Source: Parcubacteria group bacterium (GTDB lineage Bacteria > Patescibacteriota > Minisyncoccia > 2-02-FULL-40-12 > IGHO2-01-FULL-4-A). From it: a DNA stretch of 52,908 nt. Shown one piece after another: positions 38,584 through 48,098 of this stretch. The stretch covers positions 1-52,908 of the forward strand of contig JBDRCU010000010.1 in NCBI GenBank assembly GCA_043821485.1, in the 5' to 3' direction. Under the pieces are notes generated by a model that saw only the letters and a program-made list of their open reading frames with translations, did no database searches and had not been told where the DNA came from. Numbering within the stretch: the first letter of the stretch is position 1; every line of letters starts with the position of its first letter. The translations under genes and the position numbers were made by a program.

Positions 38584-38605
38584 AACACTTTGTGCGTGCT
38601 TCAAT

Positions 38606-38676
38606 GCGGGTGTAGTACAGTGGTAGTACATTAGCTTCCCAAGCTAAAGATGAGAGTTCGATTCTCTTCACCCGCT
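38606..38676 (+). tRNA. tRNA-Gly (CCC), CCA not encoded
   Basis: Acceptor GCGGGTG/CACCCGC, anticodon arm TTAGC-TTCCCAA-GCTAA, T arm GAGAG-TTCGATT-CTCTT. Confidence 0.96.
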
Positions 38677-38853
38677 CAAAAGAAAGCATTCAGTGAATGC
38701 TGAACTGTTTTTGTTATAGGAAAAGCAAGTTAGAACCGAAATAATAGTAAGTAGTGGCGTGGGAATGAATTTTCTTGACGTACCCTGTAATTCATAGTAC
38801 GGTACTATTTAAGTTCTTTTCAATCAGAATCTGCCTCAAGGAGGGCATAAATT

Positions 38854-39339
38854 ATGTACATCGACCCTAACAGCTGGCACGCCAAGCTGTTCTTCATGTG
38901 TCTAAGCATTTGGAGCAAGTTCAAGACAGGTGACAAGAGGATTCCCCGTCGCTACGAGAGAGGAACGAACCTCTGTTTTTACGTTCGGACCATCACGGTC
39001 TGGGCACCACTCGTCATCTTACTACATCTTGCTTTCGTGGTAGCGACCGTCTGGACGTTCACCCTGTTACCCATCAGTCTGTTCGGGTTTCTGGGTTTTG
39101 CCAAGACGGGTGGCTACATCATCGTGCTCTGTCTGCTGGCTACCGGTATTGTGTACGGCATCAACCTTGCTGGTCCGAGAGTCAAGGAGGTAGGTGAGTC
39201 GATAAACCGTCGCACGCAACCTACCGTGGACAATGCTGTAGAAAAAGGATCTTCGGCAATCGAGGTCGCCGTGGAATGGTTTAAGGCTCGGAAACAGCAA
39301 ATTTGCCCCTTCATCAGTTTCCAAGGAGGTGCTTCGTGA
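38854..39339 (+). CDS. Hypothetical GC-rich membrane protein
   Basis: 161 aa, 2-3 TM segments, AGGAGG upstream. Confidence 0.75.
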   Translation: MYIDPNSWHAKLFFMCLSIWSKFKTGDKRIPRRYERGTNLCFYVRTITVWAPLVILLHLAFVVATVWTFTLLPISLFGFLGFAKTGGYIIVLCLLATGIVYGINLAGPRVKEVGESINRRTQPTVDNAVEKGSSAIEVAVEWFKARKQQICPFISFQGGAS

Positions 39340-39674
39340 GCAAGTACATCCAGAGTTGGTGGCGTCTGCTCCTGTTCACGGTGGTACTCCTGGTCATCAT
39401 CGGGTTCCAGTTCCTCATTCAGGATGAGATACTTGCTTCTCACGAGACTTGGGAAGGGACGTGTACCATCAAGACGTGGGAGTACGATAACTGGAACGGT
39501 TTTCAAGTTCGCCTTCTTTGCAACGATGAAGAGGTCGTTTTTCACGACAAAGAGGTGCTCGTCAGATTTCTCAATGTCTCGGCCGCGGTGATCCGTTGCA
39601 AGGTCGCTAAGAACAATGACGCGAACTGTGTCATCGTGGTCGCGGCCAGAAAGAGAAACGCCGAAGCCAACTAA
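39336..39674 (+). CDS. Hypothetical GC-rich exported/anchored protein with four Cys
   Basis: GTG at 39336 overlaps the upstream TGA and follows AGGAGGT; N-terminal hydrophobic helix. Confidence 0.65.
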   Translation: MSKYIQSWWRLLLFTVVLLVIIGFQFLIQDEILASHETWEGTCTIKTWEYDNWNGFQVRLLCNDEEVVFHDKEVLVRFLNVSAAVIRCKVAKNNDANCVIVVAARKRNAEAN

Positions 39675-39725
39675 TCCCCTTTGTGAGCAGTATGTGGCTG
39701 GTGGGGATACACGCCACGCACTTTC

Positions 39726-39764
39726 GTTCTGGTGACCCGCCTCACCAGAACAGACTTTTTTTTT
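39726..39764 (+). terminator. Intrinsic terminator of the GC-rich islet
   Basis: gttctggtga-cccgcc-tcaccagaac followed shortly by a 9-T run. Confidence 0.7.
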
Positions 39765-39882
39765 GAGTAATTTATTTATTGTACAATTTGATTATTTAAA
39801 GATACAAACATTATGCACTATCCTGCTCATTTTTTATTTAGGATTTGCGTAATATCTTCAAATCCTGTAGCATATAACAACT

Positions 39883-40578
39883 ATGAAAGATAAAACTTTT
39901 TGGATTACAATGATCCTAATAATTGCAGTCGCCATCGTGGGCCTTTTTTTCTTGGCTAAAAGTCTTGAGACTGACTCTGGACAGTTAAGTCTTATGAGAC
40001 CAGTGAATGATCAGGATCACAGTAGAGGACCGGTTGATGCCGAGGTAGTACTTGTTGAGTATGCAGATTTCGAATGTTCTGGATGTGCAGTTATAAAACC
40101 AATCATAGACGAAGTATTTAATGAATTTGATGGCCAGGTAAGACATGTTTTTAGACATTATCCTTTGCTATCAATACACGAAAAAGCTTTGATTACAGCT
40201 CAGGCATCTGAAGCTGCCTCTGTTCAAGGTAAGTTCTGGGAGATGCATGATATCCTTTTCGAGAACCAAGAATTATGGGTAGTAATTATAGAAGAGCAGG
40301 AAATGTTTGATATCCTTGCTTTCTTTGCACAGGAGATTGGACTGGACGTTGATCAATTTAATGAAGATTTGAACACCGATGCGATAGTTGATGAGATAGG
40401 TACTGATTTGCAGGGAGCCCTTGAAATGGGACTTACCTCTACGCCTACGATATTTATTAATGGAGATATGCTTCGATTGAATACTCAGGATGATATAAGA
40501 GATGCTGTTGTGGATATCCTTTCTCCACTGGAGATTGGAGGCAGTGTAGAATTAGAAGGAGAAACAATACTAGAATAA
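39883..40578 (+). CDS. DsbA-like thioredoxin-fold protein, membrane anchored
   Basis: EYADFECSGC, FRHYPL, QGKFWEMHD, STPTIFING. Confidence 0.93.
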   Translation: MKDKTFWITMILIIAVAIVGLFFLAKSLETDSGQLSLMRPVNDQDHSRGPVDAEVVLVEYADFECSGCAVIKPIIDEVFNEFDGQVRHVFRHYPLLSIHEKALITAQASEAASVQGKFWEMHDILFENQELWVVIIEEQEMFDILAFFAQEIGLDVDQFNEDLNTDAIVDEIGTDLQGALEMGLTSTPTIFINGDMLRLNTQDDIRDAVVDILSPLEIGGSVELEGETILE

Positions 40579-40588
40579 TACCTCTACT

Positions 40589-41008
40589 ATGAGCCCTAGG
40601 GTTCTAAAATGGATACTGGTATTAGTGAGTTTTGGAGGCATATTGGATGCCGGATATTTGACTATGCAGCATTATATTGGATTTAGTCTATCATGCTCTG
40701 TATTGGAAGGCTGTAATGTGGTCACACAAAGCTCCTATTCTGTAGTCTTTGGCATACCATTAGCCCTTGCGGGTTTAATATACTATATCGTGGCATTCTT
40801 TTTTGCTGTTGGATATGCGAGACATGGGAGCCCAAATGTATTGTATCTTTTGTATATTTTGACAATGGTGGGATTCGTTTTCTCTCTGATATTGGTTTAT
40901 CTGCAATTATTTGTAATTGATGCGGTTTGTATTTATTGCATGATGTCTGTTGTCTCAACAACAGTTCTTCTTTTGACCGCAATTACACTTCGCAAAAAGA
41001 TTTCTTAA
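40589..41008 (+). CDS. Vitamin K epoxide reductase (VKOR) family protein
   Basis: CSVLEGCNVVTQSSYS, CIYC, four TMs; adjacent to the DsbA gene. Confidence 0.93.
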   Translation: MSPRVLKWILVLVSFGGILDAGYLTMQHYIGFSLSCSVLEGCNVVTQSSYSVVFGIPLALAGLIYYIVAFFFAVGYARHGSPNVLYLLYILTMVGFVFSLILVYLQLFVIDAVCIYCMMSVVSTTVLLLTAITLRKKIS

Positions 41009-41074
41009 TGACCGAAGTCCGGTTTTAACCGTTTCGACTTGTTTTTTGTCCGGCTTTGTAGTAGAAATTTATTA

Positions 41075-41635
41075 ATGGAGACTAATGTCCAGTTTTTAAA
41101 ATCTATATACAAAGTCGTTTTTAAGATACAAAATTCATTTTATGAGAGGCTATTGCTTGATGAATTAGACTCTTTACTTCCAGATATTGCAAAAATTACC
41201 AATAGGTCAGAGAATAGACTGATAGCAGAGACGATTGTTAGACTTGATTATCTTTTGAAGATTGTTGCCATAATTCGTTATCAGGATGAATTGCCAATTA
41301 ACGACTCATTGCTCCTTGAGCGTGATATTTTGTGTTTTAAAGCATCTCTATTAAGGACGAATGGAGTGGTGACAATTAAAGAGTCTCAAGCTCAGTCTTC
41401 TGAAATGAGTCAGAAAAGTGGGAAGAAAAAGCTTTCTAAAAAAACAGTTATTACTAAAAAGCATGAGAATATTATGGATATAATAAAGAAGCAGGGAACG
41501 GTAAGGGGTTCAGATATGGCACGTCAGCTTGGGATTAGTGAGCGGACTTTTCGCAGACAGGCTAATGATCTCGTGAATATGGGGATTATAGAAAGAATCA
41601 TTGATGGTAGGAGGGTCCATTATAAAAATAAATAG
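41075..41635 (+). CDS. HTH (DeoR/HTH_11-like) DNA-binding protein
   Basis: C-terminal MARQLGISERTFRRQANDLVNMGIIER winged HTH; start set to ATG 41075. Confidence 0.8.
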   Translation: METNVQFLKSIYKVVFKIQNSFYERLLLDELDSLLPDIAKITNRSENRLIAETIVRLDYLLKIVAIIRYQDELPINDSLLLERDILCFKASLLRTNGVVTIKESQAQSSEMSQKSGKKKLSKKTVITKKHENIMDIIKKQGTVRGSDMARQLGISERTFRRQANDLVNMGIIERIIDGRRVHYKNK

Positions 41636-41735
41636 TGGACAAAGGTGGACAAATTGTGAATAAATACCGGACAAAATATTTTGTCCGGTATTTATTCATT
41701 TTGTCCGGTATTTATCCGGTGTCTGTCCGGTATTC
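41636..41735. repeat. TGTCC(GG) motif array containing a perfect 42-bp palindrome (41657-41698)
   Basis: gtggacaaa twice; tgaataaataccggacaaaat|attttgtccggtatttattca; then further ttttgtccggtatttat and tgtccggtatt copies. Confidence 0.9.
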
Positions 41736-41946
41736 CTAAACCCTTTTTAGTATATTTCGACTATCAAATATGAAACACTAAATTGCTGAATGTTGGAGAC
41801 TAGACAGCATTATATGTTTTTTGTCAATATGTAATAATAGTCACGAATCATCGTCCAAGAATGTAGTAGTATATAGGCAAGATTATCCACATTCTGCTTT
41901 GTTTACAGATGAGTTGTCTGATAGAATTCAGAGACTAAGAAGTTGT

Positions 41947-41975
41947 TTGACGTAGCGTGTCAGTTTTGCTAGTAT
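41947..41975 (+). promoter_or_regulatory. Putative promoter of the S-layer-like gene
   Basis: TTGACG-17-TAGTAT with extended TG; a second TGaTAGAAT lies at 41919-41927. Confidence 0.6.
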
Positions 41976-42076
41976 TTCTTGAATGAGAGGCCTGTTTTTG
42001 GGGTTCTTTTGGATACATAGGAAAGTTGTGTTTCGGTGCTATTTATGGAATTTATAGAAAATTCATAAATAACACT

Positions 42077-42352
42077 GGCATGCAACAGCATCCAGCCTGA
42101 ATAGCCGAATATATCTTTGGGTATTTTTGGCGACACAGGTGAGTATTATAAATAAAGAGATGCCTTGGGTCTTCCAAATTTTGTTTCTTCAGATATAAAC
42201 AGTATCTGGAAACAGAATTTGGGAGATCTAGCATTGTTATTTAAAGACTTGTACGGTCGATTGGTACATTACGTGCTAAGCGGGTCTTTCCTAAAAGAAA
42301 GTAGGAAAATTGACTTGTTATGTTCCTGGTCTTTAGACAAGGAATGTAGCAA
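42077..42352 (+). promoter_or_regulatory. Long structured 5' leader of the S-layer-like gene
   Basis: Stems including 42167-42229 (21 pairs, 4 G-U) and 42315-42352. Confidence 0.6.
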
Positions 42353-42368
42353 AAATTGATTAATAATT

Positions 42369-45300
42369 ATGAGTACAGCTTTAGTGCAGGTATCGGTCAA
42401 AAAGATCGCTCCTGCAATTATTATAGCAGCAGCTGTAGTGCTCGTAGCAGGATTGTGGTTTTCAGTTCAACAGGCTGAAGCAGTCGCACCTGCAGACTTT
42501 GGTTTGACAGAGGGGGATACAATCAGCGCAGCTGGTTCAAATGACCCTGACGTCTACATTGTTAACGAGCATGGATACAAGAGATTATTCTTGAATCCAG
42601 TTATCTTTAGCTTCTATGGCCACCTTGGTGGTTTTGCGAATGTTAAAAGCGTAACACCTGCAACCCGAGATGCATTCGGTACTTCAGGCCTTTATCGATA
42701 CGTAGACGAACAAGCAGTCTACTGTGTTGAAGTAACAGGTGAAGATACCGCTACATTCCACTGGGTAAATACTACAGGCGATCAAGCTGTTGCAGATGAT
42801 GCAGACTTCTTTAAGAAAGTCTTCACCATCAACTTAAATGAAAAGAACTGGTATCAAATGGGTAGTAACTACAGTTCGCCAAATGACTGCCCAGACTATA
42901 GTCGAACTCCTGGTACGACCCCGACTCCATCAGGTCCTCTATCAGTAAGTCTTGCTCCTAACAATCCAGCAGCAGCAACAGTCACCACTAATGCGCAAGG
43001 TGTTGACATGTTAAAGGTTCGCTTCTCTGGAACAGGAACAATCACAGGAATGACTGTAAAGCGCGGTGGAGCAGGTACAGTTGGAGATATTACTAATGTA
43101 TACCTGTATGATGGCGCGGAGAGACTTACTTCTGGTAAGTCCATATCGTCTTCAACAGGCGAGGCAAAATTCATTAGCCTTGGTATTAGCGTTAATGGAA
43201 CAAAAGACATAACTGTTGTTGCTGATCTTAGCGGTAATGCAGGAAATGTACACAACTTTACTCTTAATAATGTTGTTGCATCAGGCACTGTAAGCGGATT
43301 ATCCGTAACCGGTAATGACTTCACAGTTTCCGGTGCTACAGGGGGTACAGTTACGCTTGCTAAGACAGGTACTGTCAGTAATGCAACTGTAGGATCAAAG
43401 GCAGTAAAGATGTCTGACTTCAAGCTTTCTGCTGCAACTGAAGCAGCACTGGTTAAGAGAATTACTCTTATTCAGGGAGGTACGATGAAGCCAGGAGACT
43501 TCGAAAACGTTAAGTTGGTATCAGGAACAACCGAATGGATGGGTACTGTAAACTCGGAAGGGTATCTGATATTCGACCTTGGCAGTGGAATTAGCATAGC
43601 TAAGGGAGGGAATGCAATATTCAAAGTATACGGTGATGTAAATGGTAAGAAGGACGAAACCGTTAAGCTATACTTTGAGTCTGCAACTGATATCCTTGCA
43701 ATAGGCGATCAATTTAACTTTGGCATGGCTGTAACCCTTACTGCAATGGATACCTCGGCAGAAGCTCACAGTATAACCCTTCAGGGCGGTGTACTTACTA
43801 TTACATTTAATGGTCCTGACGCTTCAACCATAGGTACAACAACTGATGACTCGGTACTATTAAGACTTACCTATGTTGCAGCGAACGACATTGAGATAAA
43901 GAAAACAAGGTTCAATCTTTGTAAAGATGACACCAACAACGGTACTTACAACGATGCTTACCACGCAAGCGGTTGGGCAGACTTAAATGATTTCAGAATG
44001 GTTGATGAAGATACAAGCGAGGAAGTTCTTGGATCGCAGGATGGTTCTGCCTTTACAACGGATGATGCAACAGCATGTCCAGGCAGAGTAGGCGGTGGAC
44101 AGAAAGTGTTCACTGACACTATTGACATAGCAGCAGGCCAGACCAGAAACTTCAAAGTAACTGCTGACCTTGCGGGTGACGACACTGGAACTGGTGTAAC
44201 ATTAGCAACAGGAGATGCAATTAAGATTGAGTTGAATAACTATGCAGATGCAACACCTGATGTGGCAGAAATGAAATATACAGGTACTACAACATCAGTT
44301 GCCGATGCTGATATTGTTCCAAATGCAGACATCTCAAGTAATAAGTTCACATTGAGTTCCGCATCATTAACATTGGGTCTCGCAGGTACTCCTCCAGACA
44401 CAACAGTTGTTAAGGGAACAAAGAATGTAGATGTTGTCGCAATTACATTCCTAGCATCACAAGCATCATCCTTGAAAGTTACTGACATAACTCTTACAGG
44501 TTATGTAGAGGATGAGTCTGGCGATACGCACAATGAAGGTGTCGACACCAATGATAGTGGTGTAACTGTTGCAAATGCATGGACCAATTTCCGCTTGTAT
44601 GAGCAGGAAACAGGAAATATGATTGCTTCTGCAGGAAATATAACAAGTGATCAACTTGCAACAATTAATGTCGGTACATTGGCTTTCGCAATTCCTTCAG
44701 ACAATGAAACAGGAGGAGTAGGCGATTATTGGACAATTCCTGCAGGCGAGACACGAACATTGTTAGTTCGCGCCGATGCCTCAACAAATGACGCATCCGG
44801 TTCAAACGGTGATCGTTATGCATTTGACATTAATGCAACAAATGAAGTAACGGCTCTGGATGATTCAAGTAATACAGTTAATTCATCCAATGCTGATCCT
44901 AATGGCGCAACCGTGCCAACAGTTGACATTACTGTTAAGAATGCAGGAACGCTTGCTGTTGCAGCAACTCCAAATACAGCAGCCAAGAAAGCATTGTATT
45001 GGGGTCAAAGCGGTGAAGAAGTTGCAAGCTTCAGGTTCACTTCAACAAATGAAGCAGTCCTTCTTGAAACCGTGAACATTCAGTACAAGAATGGTACTGA
45101 TACTGCCGCTGACTGGACCACCAATGTTAAGAGTGTAACTCTTGCGTATAAGAACCAGGCAGGCAACACGCTTACTAAGACTTCAACAGTAGCAAGCACG
45201 GGTTCTGCAACGTTTGGCTGGACAGGAAATGACGACTCTACGAAGCCTTACATACCTAAGGATTCTTCAGCTGACGTAACAGTTAAGTTGAATATGACTA

Positions 45301-46052
45301 CCAGAGCAGAAGGTGCAACTTCTACAGCCGCAGGAGATGCAGTATCTCCAACGTTCTCTGTAGAGCTCAATATGGGCGATGCAGCTTCCTTCCAGGCCAA
45401 AGGTTCTGGATCAGGATACAAGATCACCGGCGCTGACAATGGTGACGGAAGTACGAACCTGACAGATGTAAATGGTAATGCCATGTATGTCTACAGAGTC
45501 TTCCCAAGATTTACTAAGATCACAGACTCTTCTTACTCTGCTAACTCAAACACATTGATTTCAGCAGCAGATCAAGAGGTATTGCGATTCACCATTGAAG
45601 CTATTGGTTTGCCAGATTCTAATCTATTCTTCGATAATGTAGGTGCCGCTTCAGGTACTCTTAAATTCGAAGTAATAGCATCCGGAGAGCAGGGCGATGT
45701 TGACCCAGCATTCAAGTTCTACAAAGTAGTTGGTGGAACTGAAACATTGGTTGATAATGCAACCATTGATGACCCAGGGGCACTTGCACCTAATGCATCC
45801 ATAACCATTGATTTCTCCAGCATGGATATTGAAATTCCAGGAGGATCTTCAATGAACTTCTTGCTTAAAGTTGACCTAACTAACTTTAACGATAACGGTG
45901 ATTTCTTCACTGTGTACATGCGGGATGATGAGAATGGACTGGTTAAGTTTGTTGACAATTATGTCAGCGCTGCCAGTGCAGACGTATCATCAATTCTAGG
46001 TGTATTCAAGAATCTTGAACTCGTTAGCACCACAAAACTAAGAGCTATCTAA
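42369..46052 (+). CDS. Large secreted S-layer-like surface protein
   Basis: Signal peptide ending AEA; 1227 aa rich in T/S/G/A/D/N with repeated beta-sandwich-like units; long leader and strong terminator. Confidence 0.75.
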   Translation: MSTALVQVSVKKIAPAIIIAAAVVLVAGLWFSVQQAEAVAPADFGLTEGDTISAAGSNDPDVYIVNEHGYKRLFLNPVIFSFYGHLGGFANVKSVTPATRDAFGTSGLYRYVDEQAVYCVEVTGEDTATFHWVNTTGDQAVADDADFFKKVFTINLNEKNWYQMGSNYSSPNDCPDYSRTPGTTPTPSGPLSVSLAPNNPAAATVTTNAQGVDMLKVRFSGTGTITGMTVKRGGAGTVGDITNVYLYDGAERLTSGKSISSSTGEAKFISLGISVNGTKDITVVADLSGNAGNVHNFTLNNVVASGTVSGLSVTGNDFTVSGATGGTVTLAKTGTVSNATVGSKAVKMSDFKLSAATEAALVKRITLIQGGTMKPGDFENVKLVSGTTEWMGTVNSEGYLIFDLGSGISIAKGGNAIFKVYGDVNGKKDETVKLYFESATDILAIGDQFNFGMAVTLTAMDTSAEAHSITLQGGVLTITFNGPDASTIGTTTDDSVLLRLTYVAANDIEIKKTRFNLCKDDTNNGTYNDAYHASGWADLNDFRMVDEDTSEEVLGSQDGSAFTTDDATACPGRVGGGQKVFTDTIDIAAGQTRNFKVTADLAGDDTGTGVTLATGDAIKIELNNYADATPDVAEMKYTGTTTSVADADIVPNADISSNKFTLSSASLTLGLAGTPPDTTVVKGTKNVDVVAITFLASQASSLKVTDITLTGYVEDESGDTHNEGVDTNDSGVTVANAWTNFRLYEQETGNMIASAGNITSDQLATINVGTLAFAIPSDNETGGVGDYWTIPAGETRTLLVRADASTNDASGSNGDRYAFDINATNEVTALDDSSNTVNSSNADPNGATVPTVDITVKNAGTLAVAATPNTAAKKALYWGQSGEEVASFRFTSTNEAVLLETVNIQYKNGTDTAADWTTNVKSVTLAYKNQAGNTLTKTSTVASTGSATFGWTGNDDSTKPYIPKDSSADVTVKLNMTTRAEGATSTAAGDAVSPTFSVELNMGDAASFQAKGSGSGYKITGADNGDGSTNLTDVNGNAMYVYRVFPRFTKITDSSYSANSNTLISAADQEVLRFTIEAIGLPDSNLFFDNVGAASGTLKFEVIASGEQGDVDPAFKFYKVVGGTETLVDNATIDDPGALAPNASITIDFSSMDIEIPGGSSMNFLLKVDLTNFNDNGDFFTVYMRDDENGLVKFVDNYVSAASADVSSILGVFKNLELVSTTKLRAI

Positions 46053-46081
46053 ATCTTAGTTAAGTGATTTGCTAAGTAAGG

Positions 46082-46121
46082 AAACCTACCCCGCTTCCAT
46101 CTGGAAGCGGGGTTTGGTTTT
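46082..46121 (+). terminator. Intrinsic terminator after the S-layer-like gene
   Basis: accccgcttcca-tc-tggaagcggggt followed by ttggtttt. Confidence 0.8.
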
Positions 46122-46152
46122 AGGGATATTATGCTATAGTAGAAATCAATAT

Positions 46153-48096
46153 ATGACCTTGCGCAGGCTTACAATTTTATTGCTATTTATTCTTCTTGGT
46201 TTTTTGCTGTTCCATAGTTTTGCTTCAATAGCAATCGACATTGGGCGACATTTGACGCTAGGAGAAATAATATGGGATACGAAATCAGTCCCTGATACGA
46301 ATATGTTTTCATATGTTGAGCCTGATTTTGAATTTGTTAATCATCATTGGTTAAGCGAGGTAGTTTTTTACGGGATACATGCATTGTCGGGATTTGAAGG
46401 GATTATCATATTTAAAGTGATACTTCTGCTTTTGACTTTCGTATTTGCATTTTTTGCAGTGAAAAAGCGTTATTATTGGCCGTCTCTGATTGCTCTAATA
46501 TTATCCCTTCTGATCTTTATTGAGCGTTCTGAAGCCCGGCCGGAGATATTTAGTTTTGTAATACTAGGATTCTATTTATTTGCTCTATTTAGAGCTAAAT
46601 ACAATGGACAGATGAAGTTTCTCTGGATTCTACCTGTCTTACAATTACTCTGGGTTAACTTTCATATATATTTCTTCCTTGGCCCATTCCTATTCTTGAT
46701 ATTCTTTTTGGATTTCTTAATGAATAGAAAAAATGCAGATAGGAAGACACTTTACAAGTTATTTGCAATAGGCATTCTTATAGGCATAGCTACATTGATC
46801 AATCCAAATGGTTTTTCTGGTGCATTTGAACCGCTTAATATATTTGAAGAATATGGCTATAGCGTGGTTGAGAACAGAGACCCGTTCTTTATATGGAGCT
46901 ATGTTGGATTCAATTTATCAATATTGTTTCTACTTATCTCATCGTCAGTATTGATGCTTGGTCTATTGGTAACTATAGGGAATATTAAAAAGAGATTTTT
47001 TGAATTTATTGTTTCTGCATTTCTGATTTTTGCTGCATTTAAGATGCTTAGGAATATACCCATATATGCTATAGGGACTCTGCCTATTATGATGATTGTT
47101 CTTTCTGATGTCAGAGATAAGTTTGTGCCAGCTCTTCGTAGATTATCATGGAGGAAAACAGCAGTACGGATCATATCTTATGTTACTGTATCTGCGGTTG
47201 TTGTCTTAATTTTTGTTGCTGTTTCAGACAGATTTTATGGACCGCTTGGATCTCCAAAGGAATTTGGTCTTTCAATTCCAAACAGTGCTTTTAGGGCGAT
47301 GGATTTTGTTAAAGAAAACGAAATAAAAGGACAGGTGTTTAATAATTTTGATATAGGGGGGTTTCTTAGCTGGCAACTTTGGCCCGAGGGGCAGGTATTT
47401 ATTGATAATAGGCCGGAGGCTTACTCGATTTCATTTTTTAAGGATATCTATATAGAGTCGCAACGTGATCAGGGTTTGTGGGAAGAACTTGTAGATAAAT
47501 ATGATATCAATTATGTTTTTTGGAATCATAGAGATCTGACTGAATGGGGTCAGGACTTCATTAAACAAGTCGGGCGCAATGAATCGTGGACTTTTGTATA
47601 TGCGAATGAAAGTATATTGGTATTTGTAAAAAATACACCTGAAAATAGTGATGTCATTTCTAAATACGCAATAACAAAGGAAAATGCTATTGAGCATATT
47701 GAGAGTGACTTGGAAGAGTCTAATGAAGACGTAGTAGTGGGGCTCTTAAGAATGGGTAGAGCAATGTGGCGGATAGGGTACTTCGAGCCTTCTATATATT
47801 TTAGTCAGAAAGCTATTGAAATGAATCCGGATATTCCTCATGGATATCATGTATTGGCTCTTTCTCTCGCTACAAGGGATACCCAAGAAGCATACAATGA
47901 AGCAATAATGAACATGGAACATGCGATAGAACTTGGTTTGGACGGTATAGATAATTATGTTATCTTAGCTATGCTGAATCTCAATGCAGGTAGGACTGAA
48001 GAAGCTCTGGATATTATGAGGCATGTTGAGAAGGAGGATCCGGGAAACCCTGAAGTTCGGAAGCTTATGAATGCGCTTAAAATTGATTCATTATAG
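46153..48096 (+). CDS. Polytopic membrane protein, GT-C-like glycosyltransferase with C-terminal TPRs
   Basis: DIGRHL, NHHWLSEV, RPEIFS, LWVNFH, VFIDNRPEAY; many TMs; TPR-like tail; start set to ATG 46153. Confidence 0.7.
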   Translation: MTLRRLTILLLFILLGFLLFHSFASIAIDIGRHLTLGEIIWDTKSVPDTNMFSYVEPDFEFVNHHWLSEVVFYGIHALSGFEGIIIFKVILLLLTFVFAFFAVKKRYYWPSLIALILSLLIFIERSEARPEIFSFVILGFYLFALFRAKYNGQMKFLWILPVLQLLWVNFHIYFFLGPFLFLIFFLDFLMNRKNADRKTLYKLFAIGILIGIATLINPNGFSGAFEPLNIFEEYGYSVVENRDPFFIWSYVGFNLSILFLLISSSVLMLGLLVTIGNIKKRFFEFIVSAFLIFAAFKMLRNIPIYAIGTLPIMMIVLSDVRDKFVPALRRLSWRKTAVRIISYVTVSAVVVLIFVAVSDRFYGPLGSPKEFGLSIPNSAFRAMDFVKENEIKGQVFNNFDIGGFLSWQLWPEGQVFIDNRPEAYSISFFKDIYIESQRDQGLWEELVDKYDINYVFWNHRDLTEWGQDFIKQVGRNESWTFVYANESILVFVKNTPENSDVISKYAITKENAIEHIESDLEESNEDVVVGLLRMGRAMWRIGYFEPSIYFSQKAIEMNPDIPHGYHVLALSLATRDTQEAYNEAIMNMEHAIELGLDGIDNYVILAMLNLNAGRTEEALDIMRHVEKEDPGNPEVRKLMNALKIDSL

Positions 48097-48098
48097 AT

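Noticed and set aside
38606-39764. Integrated prophage or ICE at tRNA-Gly
   Set aside because: No integrase, phage structural genes or duplicated tRNA 3' end (attR) seen.
41636-41735. CRISPR array
   Set aside because: Repeats are short, adjacent or inverted, with no unique spacers of regular length and no cas genes.
41883-41891. Perfect DnaA box TTATCCACA near the repeat array, suggesting oriC
   Set aside because: Only one box seen, no dnaA/dnaN nearby and no switch in gene orientation; it may be regulatory or chance.
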